Assembly: GCA_027923505.1 (NCBI GenBank)
Contig: BROI01000009.1
Span: 186,001-250,000, forward strand
DNA length: 64,000 nucleotides
Direction of reading: 5' to 3'
Source: Mayamaea pseudoterrestris
Lineage: Eukaryota
Below, piece by piece: positions 45,701 through 56,723 of this stretch; the first letter of the stretch is position 1; each line of letters opens with the position of its first letter. Under the pieces are notes generated by a model. It was not told where the DNA came from, did not search any database, and saw only the letters and a list, made by a program, of their open reading frames with translations. The position numbers were made by a program, and so were the translations under genes.

Positions 45701-48700
45701 CGCTTCCTGTACTGTAGTGCATGAGCACGATTTTGAAATACGCCACAGCTTCAAGCACGAGCACATCTTTCGTTACTCCCCTTTTTACTATCACTTGATT
45801 ACCGTCAAGGGGCATGCTAAAGGCAGATGCAAAGGAGTCGCCTGCGCCGGCGGACAAAGTTGGCTCTACAAAGCATGCTTCTTTCAAGAGAATATCGACC
45901 ATGGCATTTACATCACTATTCAGCCTCTTTCTACGGGGATTTTTTCCCAACGGTGCGAGAGACAAGTAAAGTGACAGCAACTCTACGCAAGATTTACATG
46001 CCAACGAGGTTGGCATGCATACTAGCTGGCTCAGGAGCAAGACATCTTCGCCGTAGCCGACTGTTGTGGGACCACTCAGCTCCGCATTCGCGGTTTGACT
46101 CATTTTACAAAGATTGTCGAAGGTCAACTGAAAAGTTGGCATGAACGTCGATTTCAGATCGCATTCACGGGCGCAACTAGCTTGCAACGATACCGCTGAA
46201 TGAATTACCCGACAAAGTATCTTTGCATTAACAGGAATCTCCTTTATCACCCGAATAAGAATCATCACATTGTCAATAGCTCTTGTAAGCTTACTTAGAT
46301 GCGACGGGCTTGGAGGCAGCGCATTTTGGTCGACGTCCACGCGCAGCACCCCACGGACGAGAATTTTCGCCACCAAGGTCCATAGTTTTGGGTATCTGCT
46401 TTCCAAAAAAACAGCTGCCTCCTGAGAAAAGTATGCGAGAAGGGTCCAGATGGCATCGATCTCCGCCGAAGACATATTCTCGCCTAATGCTTGCAAACGA
46501 ATTGCCTCTGTTTGTCGGCGCAGCGCCTGTTCAGACACAACTAGATTGCGCCATGCGTTCGGCCTCACCGATGAGATGTATAATTGGTGCCCATCGTTTG
46601 AAAGAACCCATGACTGGATCGGTAATTCTTCTAAAAGGCAGGAAGAAAGCCTTTCCAAAGAATTGCAATGCTGGGCCAGCTCACGTAGGAGGGGCATCAA
46701 ATCATCCAACACTCGCATAGGAGCGTCTAAAGACAACGCCCATGCCTTCGGGAGAGCCAAGGAATACACGCTGTCGACCAGCTGCGTAAACACACATGAT
46801 ACGAACTTTGGAAATATCTCGGCCGACAAATTATTTAGTCTCGAAGTGTAAATACCATCAGCCGCAGTCTGCCGTATAATCCGAAGGATGAGGCATAAAA
46901 GCGCAATATGACTGCGCAGAACCGAGCTCTCTCGCGCGACAAAAAACTGTATTGTTTCACATGATCGCGTTCGTAGAAGTTCAAACAGTGTGTTTAAAAC
47001 GATAGCAAGCTTGTCTGGCGATAGCGATCTTTCCAAGACTGAATCCAGTTTAGCCAGCACCTCTTCACTGTCCTGCAAAGGATATACGTTACTTATCGCC
47101 ACACACAAATCCTCTACACTTTCCTTACCATCGACACGAAGGCAAGGTACAATTTTCGAGATGTGGCGAACATCAACTTCGACTCTCTTTCTAAAAGCGG
47201 CCATTACCTCTTCTTTTACATCGTTGTGTGCGACTTTGCAAATGCCGTCTGGTTGATTTTCTTGGCTTGTCAGAAGTACTGGGCCACTGCTAACTGTGCG
47301 GCGTTGTTTTGACGTTGTTTTCTTTTTTTGGCGCCCGATAGGTGACTCGTCCATTTGGGCGGAGACATAGGTACCAATATCGTCTACCATGTGGCTTGAC
47401 GCACGAACTTGTGACGAGCGCGATTGGTTGCCTCTGCGCCACGGTTTGGTTGTCAATGGATTAAACTGGTACCGTCCGGCCGTGTTGTGGTTAAAGACAG
47501 TAATGGAACGTTGCGCTCGACTGCCATCAGTAGGTACTAAAAGATTAGCAATGGCAACGTCGTCTGAACTATATGAGCTTTCTCTGTCAGACGCAACGTC
47601 CACTCGCGACAGCCTTTTTGGAACTGCAGGCAGATCATTTGTGGCTGTGCCTTCAATAAGCGACTTTCGTTTGACCGTGACCGATAAATGGCTTCTGTTC
47701 CTGCTAATCTTGGTCTTCGGCATGCGTGTGCCACTTTGGCTCACAGCAGGAAAATCATTGCGCACTTTTCGCCTCTTTTTTGCGTGCGGATGTGCGTCAA
47801 AAAAGATAGCGGTACCGCCATTAGTGTCCGCAATGACACTCAGATTATCAGTCACGCTAGCTACATCCGTCTCATCATCAGCAGAAGGATCCGCCCAACC
47901 ATCATTGTCGTTATAGCCTTCTTCTGTAGTCATAAGATCGTCGTAAATAGCGATTGCTTGATCGCGCAATGCTCTCATTTGAAGCAAAACTTCCTGGCAC
48001 ATCTCGCCCACATCGAAGTACTTAAAATCTCGGAGTTCATCAACAGGAAGCTTCCTTAGCGCCGTCTGACACTGATCCAAAGCGCTATTAATTAAAGTTC
48101 TGTATAGAATGGCTAACAAGCGTTCACTATCACGTTGTGAGAGCATTGCGGTACAACGAATGCATCGCGCAGGCTGCAACGTACCATTCACGGCATAGAT
48201 CCTCTGCCTCTTCAAGCAATGAGGATTGCCTTGCAACTGCTTCATCTTGACAGCGATTCGCCAAACTTGTCACTCGTTTTAGTAAACGTTGCATTCGGAC
48301 TTTCGCCTGCGGCATCGCCTTAAGTTCTAAGTTTCGAATGTTCGCATCAAAAAACAACAACAATTCGACCCTCGACTTGCCTGCCGTCATATCTTCTACG
48401 TCCCCTGGTAGTTTGTCAGCGTCTCCTTCGGGAACAATAAAGTCGCAATCATGGCTGTCCAACACGTCTTGCGCCAAGCTAGAGTTGCTCATGCCATCAT
48501 CGTCGTCGGACGAATAAATTACGATCGCCAGATCATTGTCGCCGACCGTCGCGTGCTCCGATTCGAAAGATCCTTGCGACGACACGGAGGCATCAATTTT
48601 ATTCTCAGCCCTCTCACGCACCTGATGTATATCTGGTGAATCTAACCCTGTCGATTTTTTCGCAGTAAGAGTCGCACGTCCAAAGTAATTTCGTCGCCGG

Positions 48701-49347
48701 CGTTCGCAAGACCGACCATGCAACGTACTCGGTGTCTCTCTGAGCTGTGCGACATTCCGTGGCGTGAGATGATCTATGGGAATATCGGTCGTTGTGGATT
48801 GTCGTCTCTGTCGCGCCTTGTAGCGCTGGAATAACCTGTCACGTCGCTGCAATCGGCTCCACAAAGTTTCTGTATCATCAGAATCATTCTCATCGGAGCT
48901 ACTCGCTACTGTAAACCTTGATTGACGACTTGGTTGGTAATTTGTTGTCCCTCCTAAATTTGTTCCTCCGTCCAATGCCTGCAACGAATCCAGTGGCAGT
49001 GGCGTTTGCTGACCCACGGCTCGTTGATTTCCATGAGCTCTCAAGTCACACGAACCGCAGTCAGCTCGAAGGGATCCACAGAGGAAACAGCGTCCTAGTA
49101 GAATTCTACGATCTCGAAGTCTTGTTCTTTGTTCGTACGCCGTTACAAAATTCAGTTGTACATCCTTTTCGTGGCGACCGTCAATGACGTATTTCACGGA
49201 GACATGATCGGGCGATAGTGCAGAAATTCGCGCAACTCCTCCTGGCTGGTTGATTCCAGGACCTGTTCGGGACGCCACGTGAACGATCTGGCCAACTTCA
49301 TAGCGACAAGAAGAAGTAGAGGCCGATGTGGATGTGGTTTCGGCCAT
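42789..49347 (-). CDS. Giant (~2166 aa) protein of unknown function with N-terminal Tudor-like domain and long helical C-terminal region; exons 49347-48185 and 48126-42789
   Basis: A 58-nt GTACGT...GATAG intron joins the 405-aa and 1818-aa ORFs in frame (LCREC-ERLLAIL). N-terminal YEVGQIVHVASRTGPGINQPGGVARI...VSVKYV looks like a beta-barrel motif. Confidence 0.75.
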
Positions 49348-49483
49348 GTTGGTTTTGTGCGTTCACCGGACAGATCGATCTTGTCGCAGCGAAACTTCAA
49401 TGTCGTTCCGGTTTTGATCTTAATTTCCATCGTCTGCTTCTTGTGCGTACAGTCGTACTCGTGCACATTTCCAACGCTTGATC

Positions 49484-50572
49484 ATGGCATTCCTAGCAAC
49501 ACTGTATGCCACCCTTCTTGTCTTGACAACAGCAGTATTTCATGATATTGTTGAGTCAGAGCTTGTCACCTTGCCTGGACATACAGTGGAAAACTACGTG
49601 CTGTCGCCACTTCCGTACACCTACATTTCAAAATCCGATCTGCCGGCCAACTTTCGCTGGGACAATGTGAATGGAACTTCATACATCACGAAATCACTAA
49701 ATCAGCATCTTCCTCAATGGTGCGGCTCATGCTGGGCTCATGGAGCACTCTCCAGCTTGGCTGATCGCATCAAGATCGATCGGAAGGCGCATGGGCATGG
49801 CGCAGATGAAATTAATTTGTCGATACAATATCTGCTCAATTGCGGATCCAGCATTGCCGGATCCTGCCTTGGAGGGAGCCCGACTGGTGCATATCAATTC
49901 ATCCATGAAACTGGATTTGTTCCATACGATACATGCCAACCATACTTGGCCTGCAACAGCGACAGTTTCCACGGATTTTGTCCCCATGCACTTTCGGACA
50001 CTACATGTTCTTCGCAAAACACGTGCCGAACCTGCACCATGAAAATTATACCCTCATTGCATCCATTCGGACAAGTTTGTCGCGAGATCGATCACTTTCC
50101 GAATGCCACAATTGCAGAGTATGGAACCATATCGTTGCATGCCAACGATGGCGATGCGGAAGAAACTATGCATCAAATTCAAGCCGAAATCTTGGCGCGC
50201 GGTCCAGTGTCGGCCACGATTAACGGCAAGGCACTGCATGACTATCGTTTTGGCGTCTTTGATGACATGGATGCCAGCAATGTGACGACGCATGCGGTTA
50301 GCTTGATTGGTTGGGAAACGGATGACGATGGCAATGTCGCTTACATTGCTCGCAACAGTTGGGGCGAGTACTGGGGTAACATGGGATTTTTCCGTGTCCG
50401 CGCCGGGAGAAACATGTTAGGGGTCGAGCGTAGCGTCTCGTGGGCAGTGCCAGGAAAATACACAATTTATAACTTTCCTTGCTACGAGGATGGAACTAAC
50501 TGCGGAACCACTACAGCGCAATACCGCGGTCCTACTACAAGGATGGAGATGATGCTGGAGCGTATCTTTTGA
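49484..50572 (+). CDS. Cathepsin Z/X-like papain-family (C1A) cysteine protease with signal peptide
   Basis: NQHLPQWCGSCWAHGALSSLADRIKI (cathepsin X mini-loop), HAVSLIGW and RNSWGEYWG. Confidence 0.93.
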   Translation: MAFLATLYATLLVLTTAVFHDIVESELVTLPGHTVENYVLSPLPYTYISKSDLPANFRWDNVNGTSYITKSLNQHLPQWCGSCWAHGALSSLADRIKIDRKAHGHGADEINLSIQYLLNCGSSIAGSCLGGSPTGAYQFIHETGFVPYDTCQPYLACNSDSFHGFCPHALSDTTCSSQNTCRTCTMKIIPSLHPFGQVCREIDHFPNATIAEYGTISLHANDGDAEETMHQIQAEILARGPVSATINGKALHDYRFGVFDDMDASNVTTHAVSLIGWETDDDGNVAYIARNSWGEYWGNMGFFRVRAGRNMLGVERSVSWAVPGKYTIYNFPCYEDGTNCGTTTAQYRGPTTRMEMMLERIF

Positions 50573-51165
50573 TAACAAGTGCCATTTCATATTTCGCATT
50601 ATTCACCTGCATACGGTACGTGTTTTGGTGTGATACTGGCAGTTGCTTGCTCGGCAAGTTAAGTCTGACGCGTACACTTTCAATCTTACTCCAGCGGCAA
50701 TTTTTTCGATGCTTCTTCCGTCGCGGAAGATGTTTACGAATCTGCCATGGCACAGTACCACTGCTGTTGTCAATTAGACACCTATATGCTTGGAGATCGA
50801 CGCTCACGATGCCTCTTGTCGTCAATGAGATAATTCATGTTGCCGGAAAAGGCGACGGGATTTTGGCGGCTTGTGCGTGCGGCTTAACGACGGGTCGCTG
50901 GAAGACGATGTACCTGTGAGCTTGGTGGTGCGAAGGCTGGATGAAACACTCTTTTGCGGAAGCGCCACCGACTAAAGGTTTGCATATAATGGGGATTATT
51001 CGAGAGATTGCGATGACGTGTTAGTCGCACATGAAGCACGTTTAAGATCTTTCCAAAACTTTGTATGACGTGACTGTGGGTCTATTATGTTCCCACCTGC
51101 TCAAGGCAGGAGGAGCCATGCTGAGATAACAGTATATTTATAAAAAGTCTCGTTAATTTATTTAT

Positions 51166-52080
51166 TCAAAACTTTTTACGACGAGAGATTGGTGAGCGAC
51201 ACTGGGACTGGTTTGAAGCATTGAAGTTTCTGGAATGGCTTCGGCGATCTACTATGGCTGAACGACATTCCGGTCGACCGTCACGGATGCGTGGTAAATG
51301 TCTTGGAATACTGGCAGCTTGATAATGCTTCTTGAGGCCCACTTTCTGCCCTAGGCCCGGCATATATACGACCAACTGGGTCATTTGAAGTACTAGGAGT
51401 GTTCCCAAAGCTACGTCATCGGCTGGCCGGGATCTACGAAGGACCTTGACGGCGAAAATAGCATGACTTGGATCCTTTGCATCAGATGTGAATAGAGCAT
51501 GTTATTTCTTCTTGACTCGATCAATGAGACAGTCGCGACAAGTTATGGCATCCATTAATCCATTAGCCATGTGCTCAGCGGCGGCCTCTATGTTACTTGG
51601 ACTAAAGCCGTGGGGGCGGGGCAGACGCACAAGGAGCTTCGCGTTGTTTTCCGCAGTTACATCTTAAAGTCCGCATAGTGGAACACCAGTGGTTGATTCA
51701 ACCAACACTTCTGAGTTCTGAGGATGGACGTAGAGCAGCGTAAGCTTGCTGCCGAGGGACGAACAGAAGGGCCATTACTGTAAGTTGGCGCTTTCTGATC
51801 CTTGTTGTCCATTCAAGAGAAAAAGTTCAAGAATGGCATGTAGGTCGTCCGTGCGTTGGCATTTGATGTGCTTGCAATAGGTGCATGTCAAAACCAGGTC
51901 GGGACTTTGAGTTGTGAGGACTGTGAATGAGAAGCCACTCAGGGGAGTGCATACCAAACAAACCCCTTTGTATAAATGAGATTCGAGGTGGTGTGTGGAG
52001 GAATAGCTTGCCCACATGAGTAGTTTTCCGACACTCATGCAGTACCCGTCGATGTTTGATGGCAGCTCCATTGAGTTCAT
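51166..52080 (-). pseudogene. Probable decayed 305-codon gene of unknown function with CxxC motifs and three in-frame TAA stops
   Basis: ORF-track fragments 52146-51775 and 51408-51166 lie in one frame, broken only by TAA at 51777-75, 51666-64 and 51504-02; contains CLVC, CTYC and CRDC. Confidence 0.5.
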
Positions 52081-52133
52081 GGAAAATGAAGTAGTGTTGG
52101 AGAAAGCTTTCAGGGTGGCAATCGCATTAGTTC

Positions 52134-52422
52134 GAAACGAGTGCAAGTCTCAATTACGTCACAAGGCAATAATACGAAACGGGTGCCAGTGTCAATTACG
52201 TCAGAAGGCTATATTGTGAAACGAGTGCCAGTGTCAATCACTTCATAAGGCAATAGCACGAAACGAGTGCCATTGTCAATGACGTCACATTTTGTCAATT
52301 GCGTCGAAGGGCAATATTATGAAACGAGTGCCAGTGTCAATTACGTCATAAGGCAATAGTGCAAAACGAGTGCCAGTGTCAATTACGTCATAAGGCAATA
52401 GTCGAAAACGAGTGCCAGTGTC
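52134..52422. repeat. Tandem array of 42-bp units (~6.4 copies), consensus GAAACGAGTGCCAGTGTCAATTACGTCATAAGGCAATAnnnn
   Basis: Units start at 52134, 52176, 52218, 52260 (with a 19-bp internal duplication), 52321, 52363 and 52405 (partial). Confidence 0.95.
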
Positions 52423-52593
52423 TGTGTTTCACGAGTCGCAACGGTTGAAATGATCAGAATTTCCCGTTCTGTTCGGCCATCAGCGGCAAATCCTCCTTCC
52501 CATTCGAAAGAACGAAAGAACGTCAGGCCATACCAGGAAGGCACTCTCGTCTTCGAACTCCTTGGTCTCATAATAAAAGCTACTTCTTCCACC

Positions 52594-53481
52594 ATGATGC
52601 AATCCATCGCTCTTTTTGATTCCGTCGTTGTTTCAGAAGAGGATGAATGGGTTGTTCTGCACCCTTCCGGTCCGACCTTAACGGAGTTCGACGACGACCT
52701 CACTTTGGGTGAAGACAACTCGTATGACTATTGCGACGATGCCTTATCGATTCCCTCTACCGCTGGCATTGATATGCAGTTCATCAACGACTTTTTGGGA
52801 AACATCACGTACCGCCCAGCAAAGATGCAAAAGGACATGGACGGCAAGTACGGCGACGAATCTGCTGTTACCAACAACGGCGATCAAACGCACGAGATTA
52901 ACACCTTGCTGGAAGACATCCTCGACACTGTAGTTGCAAGTCAGATACGTTCTCGTCTGAATGAAACGTCGGACAATCAGCACTCAAGGATGATTATGAT
53001 TCCGACCATTGTTAATTGTGATGTGGTAGCTGAGGATTCGGCAGCGGTCGCAGATTCGCTCGGCTTGACTGTGAATCATGAGACCAATATTTCCTACAAG
53101 GACCACTTATCGACAATGTCTCCTTCAATATCTGTAGGACCCAACTTGAGTCCTGGAAAGGTCAACAAATCAAGCTCAGATGCTCCGCTCATGGTGGAAT
53201 TCATTGGTGAAATCTTGGACCAAGCCGCTCAGCGCTCGCGCATCTCTAACAAGAAGCGTCGCAAGCGGCTTAAACTGGGCAAGAAGTTGACTGCCACTGC
53301 CACTGTTACGGCTGTCGGTGCAGGTCCCTCTCATATTTACTGGACAGCTACGTCGAGCAAGAAACATGAAATGGCCCTAAGCATGAACAAGAAACAGGTG
53401 GGCACTGCCGTGCAGGCGATATCCATCTACAGGGAGGAGGTGGCGCTTTCTAACAAGAAAAACAAGAAGTCGTTTCGTTGA
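52594..53481 (+). CDS. Low-complexity protein with acidic N-terminus (LIR/AIM-like EEDEWVVL) and basic C-terminus (SNKKRRKRLK)
   Basis: Intact 295-codon frame from ccaccATG at 52594; strongly polarised charge. Confidence 0.65.
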   Translation: MMQSIALFDSVVVSEEDEWVVLHPSGPTLTEFDDDLTLGEDNSYDYCDDALSIPSTAGIDMQFINDFLGNITYRPAKMQKDMDGKYGDESAVTNNGDQTHEINTLLEDILDTVVASQIRSRLNETSDNQHSRMIMIPTIVNCDVVAEDSAAVADSLGLTVNHETNISYKDHLSTMSPSISVGPNLSPGKVNKSSSDAPLMVEFIGEILDQAAQRSRISNKKRRKRLKLGKKLTATATVTAVGAGPSHIYWTATSSKKHEMALSMNKKQVGTAVQAISIYREEVALSNKKNKKSFR

Positions 53482-54017
53482 ATTGTTCTTGATTCGCTAT
53501 TGTCGTCTCTTTTGCTCCATCAGTAAACGGAGAAGACAGCCATTCTTCGTCCGTCGCATTGGCGGCCTGCTGATCGTTGCATTTGTAGAAATTAAACGTG
53601 CTGAAACAACCACTGTTATAAAGTAATTGCAGGCGTTCCTAATCCTATATATCATACGAATATTGTAGCTGGAGTTTCGTAAATAGCGTATGCAAGTACT
53701 TGTTTACTCACTGTAAGTTTTCAGTGTTGCTTGGTGGTTTCATGACGCGAACGTCAAAAACCGACGACGACAATGGCCGCTTTCCGCTGGCTGCGCCCGA
53801 AATCTGAGTGCGTCGTTACTATACCATACACTGTTTTGAATTCGACAATCTTTACGTTATCTGCTGCTTCACAAGTGCGAATTGACTATTGAGCGAAACT
53901 CCTATTCGTTTGAATATAAGCGATAAAGCTGGAAATTCAACGGCGACGAAAGCGTTCCGAAAAGTAAATCCATTTCGCTCGCAGCTCGCAGCAATAACGT
54001 CCGCTTGATACAACAAC

Positions 54018-54041
54018 ATGAGACGTAACCAGACTTCCCAT

Positions 54042-54089
<48 letters not shown>

Positions 54090-56495
54090 ACAAATTCTCC
54101 ATCTGATTCTCCTGCTTTATCATGCGATGACGGCTCGAATAATAGCTCGCTCGATATTTCCTGGGACGGAACAGACGATAATGGCGAAGCAATTGTTCGC
54201 AACATCGCTTCGTTCATGACCTTAAGCGACGCTGCATCACTGGTTAGTATTGGCGTCGGTACCCATGTTTCAGACGTGACACCAGCGGATTCATGGGCCA
54301 TCGGCTTGGGAATTGACGGAGGAACGACGAACAGCTGGGCTTCGCTCACGACTCCACCAACTCCGGCGTTGGTTGCTGTTTCTCCAGGTGCCACTCCCAG
54401 CATGCCAACGCCATACCATCATCATGCTATTGATCCAACTGACGCTTTTGTCATGTCAAGGTCTCATGGAAACGAAGATTGTGATCAAAGTGGCGAGCAT
54501 TTCAAATACATGCTGCAGGAGCGGAGACGAAAATGGGCGCAAGAAAAGTTGGCTCACGCGGTGTACAGTCATCCACGATCGCTGCGCAGTTTTTGCTTGG
54601 CGGCGTACAAGGCGGCTGATGATATTCGCAATCAGCAAGCAACCGCCAAGGCTAGGGTTGATCCTGAAACCTGGATTGAACCGGCCGAGCCGATCAAGGT
54701 TCGCAGCAAGATGATGGATCGAAAGCAAAGATTTCTGCACGAGGCGGTGGATTTCATTTTTAACAATGTCCCTCTATCCGTCTTTTTGGATGCAGTTGAT
54801 TCTATTGGGAGCATTGCACTGGACACCACATTTGCGTGCTTTACTTTGGTTGGTGCATCGGTGAATGGAATCATGTCGGCTTTGGTGCATTTCATTCACC
54901 TTGTTTGGGACACGGCGACAAGTATTGTCAGCAATCCATTTAAGTTGTTGGAAATGATTATATCACTTCAATTCAATGCCATGGGAAAAACGAGTGAAGT
55001 ACTGGTCAGTGGTATACAGTCTGTTGCGACTGGCGTCGAATCAGCCAGCAGTATTGCGCTGCACAAACTGTCTGCTGCGAACCTTTCCACCAAGGGAGGA
55101 TCAGCCTCTTCCATGGGTCTCGATCGTAGCGGAAACATTAGACGCGGTCGCGGTTCTCTCAATAATGAGCTGAATCGAAAGCTTTTACGCAAGATGAGCT
55201 CCATAAATGACGCGGCTCGTGTTGTTCGATATACAGAAACTAAGGACGATACCGGAGGTCTCACTCGTCACGCGATAAGTCGGACACGACGGATGATGCA
55301 CTACAGCGTGTCTCTTCGGCCATTTGTGGCCACAGTTACTGTCAACCCTAGTGAAGAGCTAACAGCCTTGCTTACCAGCAGTCCGGACCATAGTCCAGAG
55401 AGGCTGCAATTAATTAAAAACAAGTCGGACGATGATGGATCACGAAGTTCGGAGGATGCTCACGGGAGTCCAGTCATTTGCAGCCCGCAGAGCTTTCCTC
55501 CGACGCCTCATTCTCGGCAGATGGTGCTGGCACGGGGGTCTCAGTTTGCTGACGACGTTGTGTTCCTGGCTCGCGATCGACTACGAATTCATGACGGTCT
55601 GGAAAGCGAGAACGAGCGGACGCGGGAGATGGCGCAAGCTCTGAAGGAAGGCAAGCGGCTAGCTATCTTTGACGGCAATGGAGCGCATGGGATTGAGCTC
55701 ACTTGTGGACAGCATATTGCCACAAAGGTAGGGAATATGCACTATGCAAGTACACGAAGCATGGTTCCTGTTTTGCGCAACTGTTACGTTTATTTTGAGA
55801 TTACCATCATGCCTCGGTCGCCCCTCGATCACCTTGCACAGCAAGCGCCATTGACACTTGCCGTTGGTGTCTCAACTGTAGAAATGCCTCCGAACACGCT
55901 GGTAGGAGCTTGGCAAGGCTCAGTTGGTCTATGTACAACGGGACAGATTTTTGTGGCCGGTCAATGGTGTTCACCGCACGATCCATCGATGGGTGCCGAC
56001 AGTTATGGTGCTACTGTTGGCTGTCTGGTGTTCTTGGATGATAGCTCGGCTTTTGAAACTTGGGACGGCGTCATGGTGAATGCATACGTGACGTTTAATA
56101 TCAATGGGCTCTTGGTTCCACCTCCATCTTCAGCAATGGCCATTCCAGGCATTGCGGCGCAGCAAAATAACAATCACAAGCAATACCGGCATGTGTCACA
56201 AAGTCCCTCATTTAGCAATTCGTCTCCATCTGCCTTGGCATCGTCACCACCACTGACGACTGCTGCGCAACCGAATTGGCGCATTGCGGTTCCCAAGACG
56301 ACGACGCAAACACTGCTGGTACCAGCATCCGAAGAATTATACCCGACAGTGACCCTTCAAACGCCATCAACAGCCGTCATGTGTCGGTTCTCGGCGGAAG
56401 ATATGCTTTCCTCGTCGACGCGAGAATCTATTGGTGTGCCTCCTAATGCAATAGTCTACTCGGTGGACGGAACGATGCTTTTTGCTGTGGCATGA
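54018..56495 (+). CDS. SPRY/B30.2-domain protein with N-terminal poly-Ala and a hydrophobic segment
   Basis: YVYFEITI...LAVGVST...LVGAWQGSVGLCTTG...YGATVGCLV...VTFNING...LYPTVTL SPRY pattern. Confidence 0.75.
54042..54083 (+). repeat. (GCA)14 trinucleotide repeat encoding poly-alanine
   Basis: Pure gca x14 followed by gcg. Confidence 0.95.
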
Positions 56496-56602
56496 TGGTC
56501 TAGTCACACTGGCAGTAAATTTAATCTTATATTGTATATATATATCATGCATTCGTTAGTACTACCATGCTCATGTGGCGGTGCAGTCATAGATCTAGAG
56601 CT

Positions 56603-56722
56603 GCCGTTTCAATGCAATGGCGCTCCCAGCTCTAGATCCCATAGGCTGCAGATATATTCGGCAGCATCAACAAGGTTGTCAACCAGTCCATTCAGCATTT
56701 ACACGGCATCTTCTGTAGCAAC
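56603..56722 (-). repeat. Degenerate tandem duplicate of the 3' end of the HMG-CoA lyase gene (copy of ~56744-56897)
   Basis: Shared blocks gccgtttcaatgcaatgg.ctcccagctctagatc, gctgcagatatattcggcagcatc and ccagtccattcagcat.tacacggcatcttc.gtagcaac, with two internal deletions. Confidence 0.9.
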
Positions 56723-56723
56723 C

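Noticed and set aside
50573..51165. Short ORFs (96 and 116 aa) and possible transposon ends
   Set aside because: No recognisable motifs, terminal inverted repeats or target-site duplication seen; it may be further decayed coding DNA but I cannot support that.
51400..51470. FAVKVL as a protein kinase VAIK motif
   Set aside because: No Gly-rich loop, HRD or DFG motif in any nearby frame.
51166..52080. TAA codon reassignment or read-through
   Set aside because: Many neighbouring genes (GH81, GapC2, TPI-GapC3, flavodoxin) end at TAA, so pseudogenisation is simpler.
52134..52422. CRISPR array interpretation of the 42-bp repeats
   Set aside because: Variable parts are only ~5 bp, there are no unique 25-45-bp spacers or cas genes, and the context is eukaryotic.
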